Assembly (NCBI RefSeq): GCF_964213995.1
Contig: NC_135823.1
Span: 992,001 to 1,056,000, forward strand
Length of the DNA: 64,000 nucleotides
Direction: 5' to 3'
Origin: Mustelus asterias
Taxonomy: Eukaryota
The notes under the pieces are model-generated. The model was not told the DNA's origin and did no database searches. It saw only the letters and a list, made by a program, of their open reading frames with translations. This document shows, piece after piece, positions 27,435 to 39,756 of this stretch; the first letter of the stretch is position 1; each line of letters begins with the position of its first letter. A program made the translations under genes and the position numbers.

Positions 27435-28919
27435 GTAAGTAACTGAGCCATTTCCAAATTCATCATGAAAACTCTCTCTCCATTTCATACTGTGTTAAGC
27501 ACAGTTCAATCGCGTCACTGATTCCAATGGTATACGTCGAAATATTCCATATTTTAAACTTGAGTATTCTATTTCAAATATTTCTGGCACCTGGGCCAGG
27601 ATTTTTTGAACCTAACAGCTGTTTAATAGTTTTCATTTCCTTGTCTAGTTTGAGCTTGATACAAACAACGCACAGAATGGATCAGAATGAGCGACAAACC
27701 GGTAAATTGCATTCAAATGTTCGCAGAGATTCAATATCATTGAACAGACGTTTCAAAGAATACCTACAGTGCAGAAGGAGGCCAGTCGACCCATCGAGAT
27801 TACACCGAAAATAATCCCACCCAGGCACGATCCTGGTAACTCCACACATTTGCCTTTCTCATTCCGCTGACACTACAGGGCAATTTAGCATGGTCAATCC
27901 ACCTAACCTGCACATCTTTGGAGACTAAGGAGCAATTTCGCATGTCAAATCCACCTGCCTACACATCTTTGGAAACTAAGTGGCAGTATAGCATGGGTAA
28001 TCCACCTGACCTGCATATTTGTGGACATGACGGGAAAATTGAGCTTGGCAAATGCCCATGACCTGCACATCTTTGGACACTAAGGGAAAATTTAGCACGA
28101 ACAATCCACCTAATGTACACAGCTTTGGACACGAAGGGACAATTTAACATGGACAATCCACTTACCCTGGATATCTTTGAACAATATGGAGAAATTGAGC
28201 ATGGCCAATCCACCCAAACTGCAAATGGTTGGACCCTGGGATTAAACCGGAGCACTCAGAGAAAACTCACGCAAGCTCTACACTGACAGCGGCCCGAGGC
28301 CGGAATTGAACCCAGCTCTGTGGCTTTGTGAAGCAGCAGTGCTTCGCAATGCTAAAATGGAATAAATTAATTCAGTGATACGTGTACTTCCCGCCATTAA
28401 AAAAATCCTCAATTATTCTATCTGTTGGTCCGAAAATAAAGTATAATTATTGACTAACAATTCTGGCAGCGAAGTACCATATTGGCATTGACGCCATGCG
28501 GTGTAAATATTCCTGGTCCATCCATTGGCGAATTGCAATCCATTGAAATATTGTTTGAGAGTTGATTTATTGAGGGTCCGTTTATGTATTAGGACAATTC
28601 TAGTATATGTGGGAGCCTTCTTTGGATTGACACACTGTGGTGGCAATTAATGTATTGGGGTCATAGTTGCAAGAGGGCATCATCGGTGCACCGTATCTCA
28701 AATTAATTACAGCTTAGCAAGAACAGGATCTGATTTAAATTGGCATTTTCCACTTTGTTACAGAGGCCGCTATCGCCACACATATAGACAGTTAACACAA
28801 GACAGTGCAGTGCAAGTAAGTTATTTGCAAATATTTTAATACTGTTCAAAACATTGCTGGTTTTCGGAATAAGTTGCAAGGTGTCACTTGCTTGGGAGAA
28901 CCCAAACCGTCCCATGCCG

Positions 28920-29218
28920 GCGTGGCACGGTGGCAAATTGGTTAGCACTGTTGTCTCACAGCACCAGGGACCCGTGGTAAATTCCGGGCTTGTTACTGTC
29001 TGTGTGGATTTTGCACGTTCTCCCCGTATCTGCGTGGATTTCTTCCGGGTCCTCCGGTTTCCTCCCACAGTCCCAAAGTCGTGTTGGTTTCATGCATTGG
29101 CCATGCTAAATTTTCCCTCAGTGTACTCGAACAGGCGTCGGATATGACGACGAGGGGATTTTCACAGTAACTTCATTGCAATGTTAATGTAAGCCGACTT
29201 GTGACTCATAAATAAACA
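28920..29218 (+). mobile_element. SINE with HE1 head and core but an alternative 3' tail
   Basis: Tail ...GGGGATTTTCACAGTAACTTCATTGCA..TGTAAGCC..TTGTGAC..AATAAA. Others at about 9565-9848(-), 11486-11775(-), 20818-21110(+), 21140-21337(-), 22420-22600(-), 24110-24420(+), 25410-25680(+), 56180-56470(+). Confidence 0.8.
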
Positions 29219-29439
29219 TTAAATTTTCGGTGGATATTTTTTGCTGCTATCAGAGAACAACTCCATCTCTGAAGCATCTAACTGTGACTCAAATCCCACT
29301 CGTCCGCACCCTGGAATCAGAAAATTAACCTCTGCAGCTCTTCCAACTGATTGTCCAGCGATTGAGTTGATGCTCCGGTTGGAATATGTCAGTCGTACTT
29401 TTCTGCGGACTCCCAGCAAATCGTGTTGCAGATTGCCAG

Positions 29440-30136
29440 TGAAGACGGGAATGGGTTAATGAATTCTAATACTCAAATTGTCAAAGTGAACTCTGTGATA
29501 TTTAGAGATTGTGTGAGAAACACTTTTACGTTCGGGTGTTTCCATGCTCATGTATCCAAGAAGAGATAAGAGTAGCAGCTGTGGTATACAAGACTATGTT
29601 TTTCCAGGCTAATCTGTTCAGGAATGTGGCTAACCCAGCCATTTTGTATTCTTTAATATGTACTGCTGTGTTACAGTAGTGCCTACATACAGGACTTCTG
29701 TGATCGTATAAGGATACATTCATATGTAGTCATCATAACCTGTACCGATATACATTATACAAGTACCTCCGAACATATATAAATTGTTGCATGCCAGTTA
29801 ACTTGCTTGTTCGTGACTGTAACCTTGTACATGAGTGAGACATCCCACAGGTGTCCACAGAGGGCAACAACACTCGCGGCCTTGAGACAACCGTGAGGAA
29901 ACCGCCAAGGCAGCAAGGTTCACATGATGGAAGACAAGCCATAGCCTGGGAACCTGAGGGGCCTGGGACACTGCGGACGTGACGTGGGGGAGGGGGGGGT
30001 ATAAATGTATGTTATTATCCTGTATTATTTGAGAGCTCTGAGGCCGTGTTAGGCATCGGATGTCTCCCACAATTATGAAAATAAACCACTGTATTTTGAC
30101 CGACGAATAGACTGAGAGGTATTTTTACCTACAACA
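29440..30136 (+). repeat. 5' LTR of outer ERV
   Basis: TGAAGACGGG...ACAACA; aligns to 45936-46635 with many substitutions and indels. Confidence 0.93.
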
Positions 30137-30138
30137 AT

Positions 30139-30156
30139 TGGTGGCAAAACCCGGGA
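30139..30156 (+). promoter_or_regulatory. Primer-binding site, tRNA-Phe-like
   Basis: TGGTGGCAAAACCCGGGA vs Phe PBS TGGTGCCGAAACCCGGGA (2 mismatches). Confidence 0.75.
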
Positions 30157-30670
30157 GACCCCGGGAACTGTTTGCGGAAATCTGTTCAGGGGTCCGGTGG
30201 AATGGCCTCGACCGGGACACCGGTATAGATTACTGAACTTGTTGAAGTGGGTCAAAATATAAGTGGGTAATCATCTGTGATGAGAGAGTGTCTGAAATGA
30301 TGAAAGACGTCTGAACTGAGCACATATGGACAAGGGGGCAATTGGCTCTGCCACCCTGCCTTAAACAGTCAGTTAAGAGCGGAACTCTCCCACGCTGATG
30401 TTAGGAATTTGAAATGGGTGTCAGGGTTGCCTGAGGTGTGATGTTCAGACGTGAGTGATAGATAGAGACTGTCTGAGTGACCGCCAGATTTGAAGAACAA
30501 GCCTTTATGTGAAAGCCGGCTGAATAAAAGTATTGTGTAAGTGGTGGTACGGAGGCATCTGATCACCCCTGAACGGTATCACTGAACTCGGATAAGAGAA
30601 ACCTAGGAGGGGGAGAGCGGGAAAGGAGATTAGAAGACTCCAAGGTGGAGAGTATAACCTATTCGATGTT

Positions 30671-31400
30671 ATGGCGGGACAAGGACAGTGGGGCCCGGGG
30701 CCCCTGATAAATGAATATTTGGTTAAGGACAAACTCATTAAACAGATGAACAAAGGGGGGGGGGGGGGTGGATTTTAGACCACCCACTTGACCAACAACG
30801 AAAATGTTTGGACAAAGAAAAAAAAGACAGAAGTAAGAAAATTGTAGTTCTCTTCATTCATCAATTGGCCACAAAATCAAAAAGTACCTGTTACGATTGC
30901 AAGAAACCAGGCTACTTCGCCCAGGATTGTAGGGCGCCAAAGGGGGTCGTGAAGTCTGCGAAATCGCAGATAATGAAGTAATGAGGGAATATGCAGGTTG
31001 CCTGATGAAAGTATAAATGTCAAAGAAACAAGCATTAATACAGAGGATGCAAAAGGATGGCTGGGATACGTCCCAGAACTTAGAGCAGCAGAAAACGTGG
31101 ATAGATAAAGAAAAGAGAAACAAGAGAAAGAAGATTGGCGTACTGTTAACCTATCAGTTAGCTGGACTAATTGAGCAAGATAAATAAAAGATTAGAATGT
31201 TAGAATCCAGAATAAGTGAATTGGAGAAACGAAACCAAGTCTTAGAAGAAAAACAATGGGGAGAGGAAACTGCTCCTCTACCTCCTAATGAGTCCACACA
31301 ACAGAGACCAACCACTCCTCCAGAGGAGTGGGAAGCAATGGAACACAACGTAGCGCCCGTAACCCAGAGGGGAACTGGTGTGCGGCCAAAAGCTAATTAA
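30671..31400 (+). pseudogene. gag: Outer ERV rearranged gag remnants
   Basis: Two segments resemble the inner Gag N-terminus; a degenerate knuckle CYDCKKPGYFAQDC lies at 30889-30930. Confidence 0.7.
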
Positions 31401-34259
31401 AAACCCTTCACCCAGTGTAAAACAGAGATTCGGAGGGGAGGTTCAGAGAGTATTAGGGAATGCTCCCACTTACTGGAGCAGAATTACCACAACAAAACAA
31501 TTAACAGGGGGAAGAATGCACACCAAAGAGGGATCAGTGTATGTGATAACGAGGGAACCCCTAATATTTGGGGAAGGTTGAAGTGGGAATGTGAGAGGTA
31601 TGAGAAAGAGATAAAAGATAGAGCACAACAAGAAAGACTGCAAAGGAAAGATGAGACCAAGAGGAAAGGATTTGTATGGCAAGCCAAACAAAGGAAAGAC
31701 AAAGAGGTATCTGGCTTGCCAATGTTGTTCCAAAATACCGATACGGGTGAACAGAAGTGGTGGAATCGACCCAGTGTAGATAATAACCAGAAATCTAAGG
31801 TAGCCGTCATTGCCCCGATAGATATAACAGACAGCAGCGCCGGCGCCGCTGCAAAGACAGAAGGGACTCAAATCAGGCTCACTTGGTGAGTTTGAAGCGT
31901 GATAGTAAAGGGTTAAACACCAGCAGGTTGTAAATTTCTCTCTCCCTCTCTCTCTTGACAAAGGAAAAGAGAGAGAGAAAGGTGAAAGTGTGCGATCAAG
32001 AGCCTCATGTGGTGGAATAGGGAATAGCAGATCAAAGTGACTTGTTTGCTCTGAGTGTGAGTTTTCATAAATTACTTTGCCCAGTTGAAATTTTCCGATA
32101 GTGCATCGGACAGAGTTTTGGGGAAAGTGGAAAAAATAGCATTACATTACATCTGAAGATTCGTAAGGAGAGTTAATCATTTACACATACAGTAGATTCG
32201 ATCTTGGATCTGCCTGTGTTGGTTACAAGGATAGAAATAATTAATTATGCACATTTTGAGCATAAACCGGAGAGTCTGTAAGAAAATGTAAATGTCTTAA
32301 TTTAGTAGCGATATTTAAAAGTCATAAAAATGAATGGATTATTTGGATCAGGCTTTTTGTTCAATTTGAAAATGTATTCTTGATAGAACTGAAACTGAAA
32401 ATGGAAATAATTATTCCTGCGTAGTTAAAGTGATGACTAATCACTTGTTTATCTTCATCTGAGTGAACTTACTCCTCCGCTTCTCTGCTGAAACAAGCGG
32501 AGAACTAATCCATCCTGTCCCAGACAGGATGGATCAAGACATAAAGTCAAAATTTAACAGAGAAGGGGGTTACATACGTTTCAATGGGAGTGCATGTGTA
32601 ATGATGGGAATTATTATACTGCCATAATGCATTCTAAGTAAATTGTGTTACATGGATATGCAAAGGAGTGAATCAACCGTGAAACGGAAGCGTATTAAAT
32701 GCCAGACGGGCTAAAAGGGAGTGCCCGCCTACAATGCCATATTGACAAATCAATATAATGAGGAGGGAAATAATTCAGTGGAATAGATGAGATAACAAAA
32801 TGCTGAGGACGGGTTTGGTACAAACTGTTAGAGATTAAATTGATAAGATTTCTTGAATTTACTTCCGTTTTGAATTTAATTACAGTTTGGAAGACAACAG
32901 AATAAAACCCATTGTTAATCAACGTCCTGTGTTCTCAAGCGTTTTACTTTCATCCAAGTTTAAGATGTTAAGTCTAAATAAATGTTGGAAGCTTCCATGT
33001 GTATTTGTGTGTTTAACAAAGTAGTTGCGTGAATGTTTTGTTGTTGTTCGCCTCACTGTTTTAATGTTAAGAAAGGAGTTAGACCTTTGAAGGACCATGT
33101 GCCCTTTCCTTGTCTTGAAGTTGAAATTATACGAGTGTAGTCGAGAAGTTAAAAATAAGTAATTTCCTGAAAAAAATAGGAAAGCAGGAACAAAAGAATG
33201 AGGTGCTCATACTGCAGATGAATCAGTTTAAAGTAGATCAAAGTAGTGAAATGAATCGTCGTTCTGATTACTCCAAGTTACAGCAGAGATGAATCACTTA
33301 AAACCTCAGTTGTTAATACAGATACAGATGTTGTCCTTGAGTAATTTTACGCTGCATTATTTGCTTATCATCGAACACCATGAATTGTTGAAACTTGTGT
33401 TGCCAAACAGTTCTAAATAACATGAAAATAATATGAAATTCAAGGCTTGCATGATGTTCCGATAACATGCAACTGTAACTGGTTCAAATTACATACTGCC
33501 TTTGGGATTGCATATTGTTCAAGGTTTTAGCACATCGCCAGCTAGAAATCAAACCAAAACATTTCGAATCAAGTAACTATCGTTTTTGTTATGTGTATTG
33601 TGCTTGTTATTATTCTGAAAATGCAGGGATTTTGATCTGGAGCTCAGTTTAAAAATGGAAACGGCTTACATTAAGAGGGTTTGGATATACCAGAGAAAAT
33701 CAAATCCTGAAGAGCCTTAACCAATTGTATAATATAAATTGTGTTTTGATAAAAACATAATTTTGTTGGAGAAAAGGCGATTTATTCTAACCATTCTTCG
33801 CCATAATTTGTAATGACTTGCACAATTAACATTAACATGACAGGAAGTGAAACCGGATTACTGAAGGGAGAGAGAGAAAAAAAGAGTTGGAGACTGGCTT
33901 TGCAGCATTCAACTGAACACAACAGATAGCTCATCCGGTTATCTGTGTCTTTAAAGAGCTGTGTCTGGCAGCATAAACAATTGACATCTGTGACCACGAA
34001 AGACTGTTGTTTACCTTATGAGACAATCTGTCTATCGAAGGATCCTCTCTGCTTAAACATCGCACTGTCAAATGTGGGAAAACAAATGATCAAATTAGAA
34101 ATAATGTAAGAATACATCATATAAAGATCGGAGCTGAATGGCCTGTGATTTTAATGAGGAAAGTGATGTATTTTGATGGGATTAATGAATTGATGTCCAA
34201 CTGCAGCCGTTGCAGAGTGTTATTTGGCTTCCACTAAGCTTTCTATGGAAGGGGGACAT

Positions 34260-34475
34260 GTGGTTAAATGTATAATGCACTGGCTTGTGTGGACAAAGGT
34301 ATTGCCCACCATACTAATGAGATTAAGGGTTACCACAAATCGAACAACCGGATTAACCCCTTATGAGCTAATGACAGGACAGGTGATGCAATTACCAGAA
34401 AGCATCATAACAGATGGGACTGATGAACGTCCACTGAAAGATAAAATCAGGAGATATGTTTTGGAACTAAGCACC
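34260..34475 (+). pseudogene. pol: Outer ERV integrase C-terminal remnant (continues 44054-44300)
   Basis: WTKVLPTILMRLRVTTNRTTGLTPYELMTG...KDKIRRYVLELST resumes after the TSD as QLKGMRKLV...GPSEVIISGATCACIDIRGKG. Confidence 0.85.
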
Positions 34476-35082
34476 TGTAGGCGGGCATAAATTTTGTGGG
34501 TATTAGGATTAGAATATTTCTTAAACTATAACTCGATAAATGAAGCAAAACAGGACAGCATTCAGCCAGAAAGGTGTGAGTAAGGCAAGCAGGCATCTTT
34601 TAAACACAGAAACCAGGTTGACAAAGACTCAGGAACTCGCATCAATATGCTATTCAGAAGATATCTTGAGACCTGGAAAACTTCCTGACATCCCATCAAA
34701 CACCCATTGTCCAAAGGAATTCAGAGACATAAAGCAATTATCACACTCTTAAACCAAACTTTACATATTAAAACTCTAGACCAGAAAACCCATTAACGGG
34801 ATAACTATAAAAGAAAACCATTTACACATCAAACTCCACACCCACAAACCTATTGAAACAGGATGATTATATCAGGAAACCACTCACAAACCATTTACAT
34901 ATCAAAACAGATCGTTACTATAACTATACTCCGTTTTGGCAGGCAGGCAGAGTACTTTGCGGGACTGTCTTGTCTGTGTCCTGATTGTACCTCCGTCGAC
35001 GCAAAAAACTATAATAAACTGTGCTGTTATCGATCTTGGCTCTGGGTGCGAGTGGTGTGGTATCTGTTCACTCGCGCTAACA
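34476..35082 (+). repeat. 5' LTR of inner ERV
   Basis: Starts TGTAGGCG, ends CTAACA; AATAAA near 35013; near-identical to 43443-44049. Confidence 0.97.
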
Positions 35083-35084
35083 AT

Positions 35085-35102
35085 TGGGGGCTCGTCCGGG
35101 AT
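35085..35102 (+). promoter_or_regulatory. Primer-binding site, tRNA-Pro
   Basis: TGGGGGCTCGTCCGGGAT, the canonical Pro PBS, 2 nt after the LTR. Confidence 0.95.
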
Positions 35103-35992
35103 AGTGACCGCCGCTGGAACATCGCCTCTCAAACACTGGGTGAGTATTTTTACTCATTTAAAGTCCGCGGGAATTCCCAGTGCCAGCGGTGTTCCACGGC
35201 TGCCGCGATCTGAACTTGTGAACAGAGCCCGATCGAGAGCTGCACAGCGGGGTAGGTTCTTCTTTGGGCGGGTGAGCGGGGTCGCGAATTGTAATTGATT
35301 GTGTACTGTTGCATTCCGTGTATCCCTGACAGCGGACCCGACCAGACATTAGCTGACCCAAAAGGTACCTAAGGAAGACAAGGGTTAAGTGGCCGGGAGG
35401 CCGGGAGGACGTCCAGGGTTAGGGCCAATGAACGCGGACTCACGAAGTTCGGTTTAAGTCCGGGCGCTGCAAGTCGGGTAGGACCTCTGCAGGCGCGAAA
35501 GTCTGGGCCACTGGAAACAGATCCGCGAGGAGTCTGCTACATGTCCGGGCGCTACTAAGTCTGGAGCCTCTGTGAGTGCTTCGGGCACTACAAGCAGGAG
35601 ACCTCTGGTAGCGCGAAAGAACGGCTACACGCCGGGGGAACTCCTACCTGCGGTCAATCCCACGCTTGTCCGCACCCAGGTCAGGGTGATTCCCGGGGAG
35701 ATAGGGAAACGGCGAGCCTCTGTGGATTGATTTAGCGGTAGGATTTGGTCAGGAAAGAGTGGCCCCCGGCCCCTGTAGTCGTGGTCAGGCCCCCCCCCCC
35801 CCCCCCCCCTGTCTCTGTGAGCGGTGATCTCCCCGTTACATGCAGGACGGGCTCTGCGTGTTACTGCTGAAGGTTTAAAGGTACTGACAGTGGAAACACC
35901 AAACCAGGAACCCCAGGGATACCTACACAAGTATCTGTGGGAAGCACCAAACCAGGATTAGTACACCACTGATCTTAGCTAAGAGATTCGAC

Positions 35993-37408
35993 ATGGATAG
36001 CATTGAGACCATTTTTGAATGGGGGCCGGAAGGGTCCCTCACCCGCTATCTAGCAGATAAAAACAAGAACCTAATTAAAAGCATGATTAAAACAGGGTGG
36101 AAACCCCAAGACCCCCTTGAGAGCCAACGGGAATGGTGGGCAACGGAAAAGAGGAACAAGGATGATAAGGCTTGGATCCTCATACTGAAGGCACACCTCA
36201 CCCTAGCAGGGCGAGTCCATAAATACGTTCAGGATAAACAAGAAAAGGCTGAACAGAAAAAGCATGCTGCTGTGATGGCTATTAACCCCGTGTTGCCGGC
36301 ACTGACCGACTTCTCCCGTGAAGCCCCATACGAGGAATGTCCCGATTGGGAGTGCTTAATAGACGAGACAAGTCCTCGGTGCCCAACAGGGGGGAGTCCC
36401 CCGGTAACCACCGATCCCCCAAACGCCAAAGCAACACCTCTTAAGATCGAATGTATCCCAGGGGGACAAGGGAGAGACGGGCGAGGAAGGCAGGCCCAAA
36501 TTAAAATGACTTATGTGTCACTCTCGCCAGGGGACACTATGAAATTACTAGAAAAGCTCCCAACCCTGCAGCCCAGGCACAGTAACGCAATTTTTTGGCA
36601 AAAGATGAAAGAGATGCAACTGTGCCACAACTTACACAACCGAGATATAGCAGGGTTAGTAAGAGCCAAGATGCCCGAGAATCACTGGGCTCGGCTCCGG
36701 GCAGAACACCAGAATGGGACTTGGTGTGCAGACCTAGACGGGAGCCGCCGGGAGCAGGAACAGGCTCTGACAGGCTTTAAAAACGATATCATCCTGACCA
36801 TGGGGGAGGTCCCCGTGAGTTGGAGTGTAATAGTAGGAGTAACGCAGAAAAAGGAGGAAGGGGCTCAGGAATACGGGCGACGAAAATTCGATGCCTTTGT
36901 AGCCCACGGAGGAATGCCAGATGCAGAGAGACAGAACCCGGCATTCCTCCAGTTATATAGGGATGGGCTGAGCCCAGCACACCAAGCTATCCTAAAGACA
37001 GGATTGGTAAACTTTAACACCTTCGATGAATTAGAAAACTGGGCTGTCACTGTAGACAACCAGCAAAGGAAAACACAGGGCGCCAGAGCAGGGATATCAG
37101 CGGTAGGAACTGAAGGAGGAAATTGCGACAGGTGCGGGGAATTAGGCCATTTCAAAAGGGAATGCCGAGCTATAACCCCGCACCCTCCTAATACATGTAA
37201 TAAGTGCGGCAGAATCGGACACACCGACTCTACCTGCAAAGACAGAAGGATCCCAAGGAGAAAGGGAGCGCCCCCGAAGAGACTGGAGAAAACCCCGGCA
37301 AGCGCCCCAGATATAAGGGAGAATGAGGTGGTTTCGGACCCAGCGCACCTCAGCCACCAGCAGCTGCTGGACATTATACAAACCTTGGCGGCACAAAAAT
37401 CTGCATGA
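35993..37408 (+). CDS. gag: ERV Gag (471 aa, intact, two CCHC zinc knuckles)
   Basis: Open ORF after the leader; CDRCGELGHFKREC and CNKCGRIGHTDSTC; ends in TGA in frame with pol. Confidence 0.93.
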   Translation: MDSIETIFEWGPEGSLTRYLADKNKNLIKSMIKTGWKPQDPLESQREWWATEKRNKDDKAWILILKAHLTLAGRVHKYVQDKQEKAEQKKHAAVMAINPVLPALTDFSREAPYEECPDWECLIDETSPRCPTGGSPPVTTDPPNAKATPLKIECIPGGQGRDGRGRQAQIKMTYVSLSPGDTMKLLEKLPTLQPRHSNAIFWQKMKEMQLCHNLHNRDIAGLVRAKMPENHWARLRAEHQNGTWCADLDGSRREQEQALTGFKNDIILTMGEVPVSWSVIVGVTQKKEEGAQEYGRRKFDAFVAHGGMPDAERQNPAFLQLYRDGLSPAHQAILKTGLVNFNTFDELENWAVTVDNQQRKTQGARAGISAVGTEGGNCDRCGELGHFKRECRAITPHPPNTCNKCGRIGHTDSTCKDRRIPRRKGAPPKRLEKTPASAPDIRENEVVSDPAHLSHQQLLDIIQTLAAQKSA

Positions 37409-39736
37409 GTGGCATCGGCCCCCGCCCCGGGAACGGACCCCCGTATCTGGGTGAATGCATCGTTAGGGGGCCGGCGATGCAAAATATTAATAGATACGGG
37501 GGCTTCGATATCCCTCACCAACATGGCACTACCCACCACCCACCGTTCCATAGTAGTAGTAGGAATAGGGGGGGATAGGACTATAGCATATCAGAGCGAA
37601 GCAGTGTTACTTGAGGTAGAGGGGATCATTCTCCCCGTACACTTCTGGGTGGGCCCAAATGAAGAAGGGACAATTTTGGGAATAGACCTCCTGGGAGAGT
37701 TAGGAGCAGTGGTGGACGCTTTCAATAAGCGCCTGCTGTGGACGGCAAGGAAAGAACACAAGAGCGGGATCCAAGGATACTGGGTCCCTAATAAGAACGT
37801 AGCAGCCATAGGCATGGGGGCTCCGGCTCCGACGGCCCGAGACTGGAAGAAGGAGGGACTAGTGGGACTCTTATGTCAAGCACTACCCCGGGTCTGGGCT
37901 ACAGGCAAGCAAGACTGCGGTCTCGTCACAATCCTTCCTTTACAAATACAAGGACCAGCCCATGCCCCTCATAAACAATATCCCATAAAACCCGAGGCGT
38001 TACAGGCAACCGAAACAATCGTCCAGGCTTTGGTTAAACGGGGCATCCTGAGACCCACCGTGTCCCACACAAATTCCCCGATGTGGCCCGTCCGTAAGCC
38101 AGACGGGAACTACCGACTAACCATCGACTATACCGCCCTGAATAAGGTCACCCCAAAGAAACACCCTATCGTTGCGAGCCCGGCCACTATATTTAACGGA
38201 CTGCGACCTGAATATTGTATCTTCTCCGTGCTAGACATAGCAAACGGATTCTGGTCAATTCCACTCCACCCAGACTCCCAGGAGAAGTTTGCCTTCACCT
38301 GTGGAGGTAGACAGTACACCTGGACCCGTCTCCCCCAGGGATTCCACAATAGCCCCAACATATTCCACCGGGTTATGAGCAAAGCCCTCGAAAATTGTAA
38401 CTTATCCCCCTATGAGAGCGCTTTTCTCCAATATGTGGATGACATCTTGATCGCCTCCACTAACCCGACGGGGCATTTGGGAGCCCTGTCAGTAATCCTG
38501 CGGGGCTTACAAACAGCAGGATTTAAGGTTAACCCAACCAAAGCACAACTCGCAAAACCAGAGGTCCGATATCTGGGGCATTACATAAGTCAGGGAAAGA
38601 AAACCCTTCCCACGGACCGAAAAACAGAAATTGCCAACATGACCCGTCCGAACACAGTTAGGGGGGTGCGTAGGGTAATGGGACTCTTTAATTACTGTCG
38701 GAATTTCATCGATCAGTTTGCATCCATAGCAGAACCTATCCAGCGATTGGTAAAAGGGGGGAGGCCGGGGGCAGAAATCATTGAATGGGGACCCGAACAA
38801 GAAACAGCATACTCCCACCTGAAATCAGAATTATTAGCGGCCCCAGCCTTATGCCTGCCCAACAGAGCGAAACCGTTCCATCTTTTTTATAATGCGGAGG
38901 ACGGATTCTATAGCTCCGTTGTGACTCAAGAAAGTGGGGGCACCATGAGACCTGTAGCATATTATTCGGTGCGGCAGTCCCCGATAGCCAAAGGACTACA
39001 CAAATGTGTGGCAGCCCTGGACTGTGCCGCATGGGCAGTCAGGGTGTGCGAACCCATTACTATGTTAGGACAGATCATCCTGCACACAAAACATACAATA
39101 GTAGAATTATTAAACACAGGTCGACTCCGAACTGTTTCAGATGCTCGAAGGGCAACTTGGGAGGCAGTGCTCCTTCCTCAGGACCAATCTATTAAAATCG
39201 TACGAGATACCGGAAGAAACCCAGCAGAGGGGTTCCTTCCAGACGGCAGTCCACATCACTGTCCGATTAACCCAGACATGGATACAGAGGATGGGATTAG
39301 TGACCAGCCACTGGAGAACCCCGATATAATACTATACGTAGACGGGTCCCGAAGGCAGGTGGAGGGACAGTACCGCACAGGATGGGCAGTGGTAGATCAG
39401 GAAGGAACACTAATAGCAAAGGGCACCATGGGGGGGGAGACCTCTGCTCAAGTGGCCGAGCTTATAGCATTAACAAAGGCCCTTAGCGCAGGAAGGGACA
39501 AAAGGGTAAACATATACACGGACAGTCAATATGCGTTCGGGGTGGTTCACGACTATATGATAGCATGGAATAGGCGCGGATTCATTACCGCAGCGGGGGG
39601 ACACATAAAACATGAAAATATAATTCGAGACCTGGCCACAGCATCCAGACTACCCTCAGAAGCAGCCGTAATTAAAATAAAAGCCCATCAAAAGACAAGG
39701 ACTGTAGAGCAGCAGGGGAAGCCCTCCCACAGATAG
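37409..39736 (+). CDS. pol: ERV Pro-RT-RNaseH (C-terminal end of RNase H deleted and frameshifted)
   Basis: Protease ILIDTGAS, RT LPQG and YVDD, tether, RNase H LYVDGS / SAQVAEL / YTDSQY. The expected GNxxAD motif is missing near 39720, where the frame shifts. Confidence 0.95.
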   Translation: MASAPAPGTDPRIWVNASLGGRRCKILIDTGASISLTNMALPTTHRSIVVVGIGGDRTIAYQSEAVLLEVEGIILPVHFWVGPNEEGTILGIDLLGELGAVVDAFNKRLLWTARKEHKSGIQGYWVPNKNVAAIGMGAPAPTARDWKKEGLVGLLCQALPRVWATGKQDCGLVTILPLQIQGPAHAPHKQYPIKPEALQATETIVQALVKRGILRPTVSHTNSPMWPVRKPDGNYRLTIDYTALNKVTPKKHPIVASPATIFNGLRPEYCIFSVLDIANGFWSIPLHPDSQEKFAFTCGGRQYTWTRLPQGFHNSPNIFHRVMSKALENCNLSPYESAFLQYVDDILIASTNPTGHLGALSVILRGLQTAGFKVNPTKAQLAKPEVRYLGHYISQGKKTLPTDRKTEIANMTRPNTVRGVRRVMGLFNYCRNFIDQFASIAEPIQRLVKGGRPGAEIIEWGPEQETAYSHLKSELLAAPALCLPNRAKPFHLFYNAEDGFYSSVVTQESGGTMRPVAYYSVRQSPIAKGLHKCVAALDCAAWAVRVCEPITMLGQIILHTKHTIVELLNTGRLRTVSDARRATWEAVLLPQDQSIKIVRDTGRNPAEGFLPDGSPHHCPINPDMDTEDGISDQPLENPDIILYVDGSRRQVEGQYRTGWAVVDQEGTLIAKGTMGGETSAQVAELIALTKALSAGRDKRVNIYTDSQYAFGVVHDYMIAWNRRGFITAAGGHIKHENIIRDLATASRLPSEAAVIKIKAHQKTRTVEQQGKPSHR

Positions 39737-39756
39737 CTGCCATCACCTCTTCCCCC

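Noticed and set aside
36865-37551. 228-aa antisense ORF over gag (and other antisense ORFs over pol and env)
   Set aside because: No motifs; expected shadows of GC-rich coding sequence.
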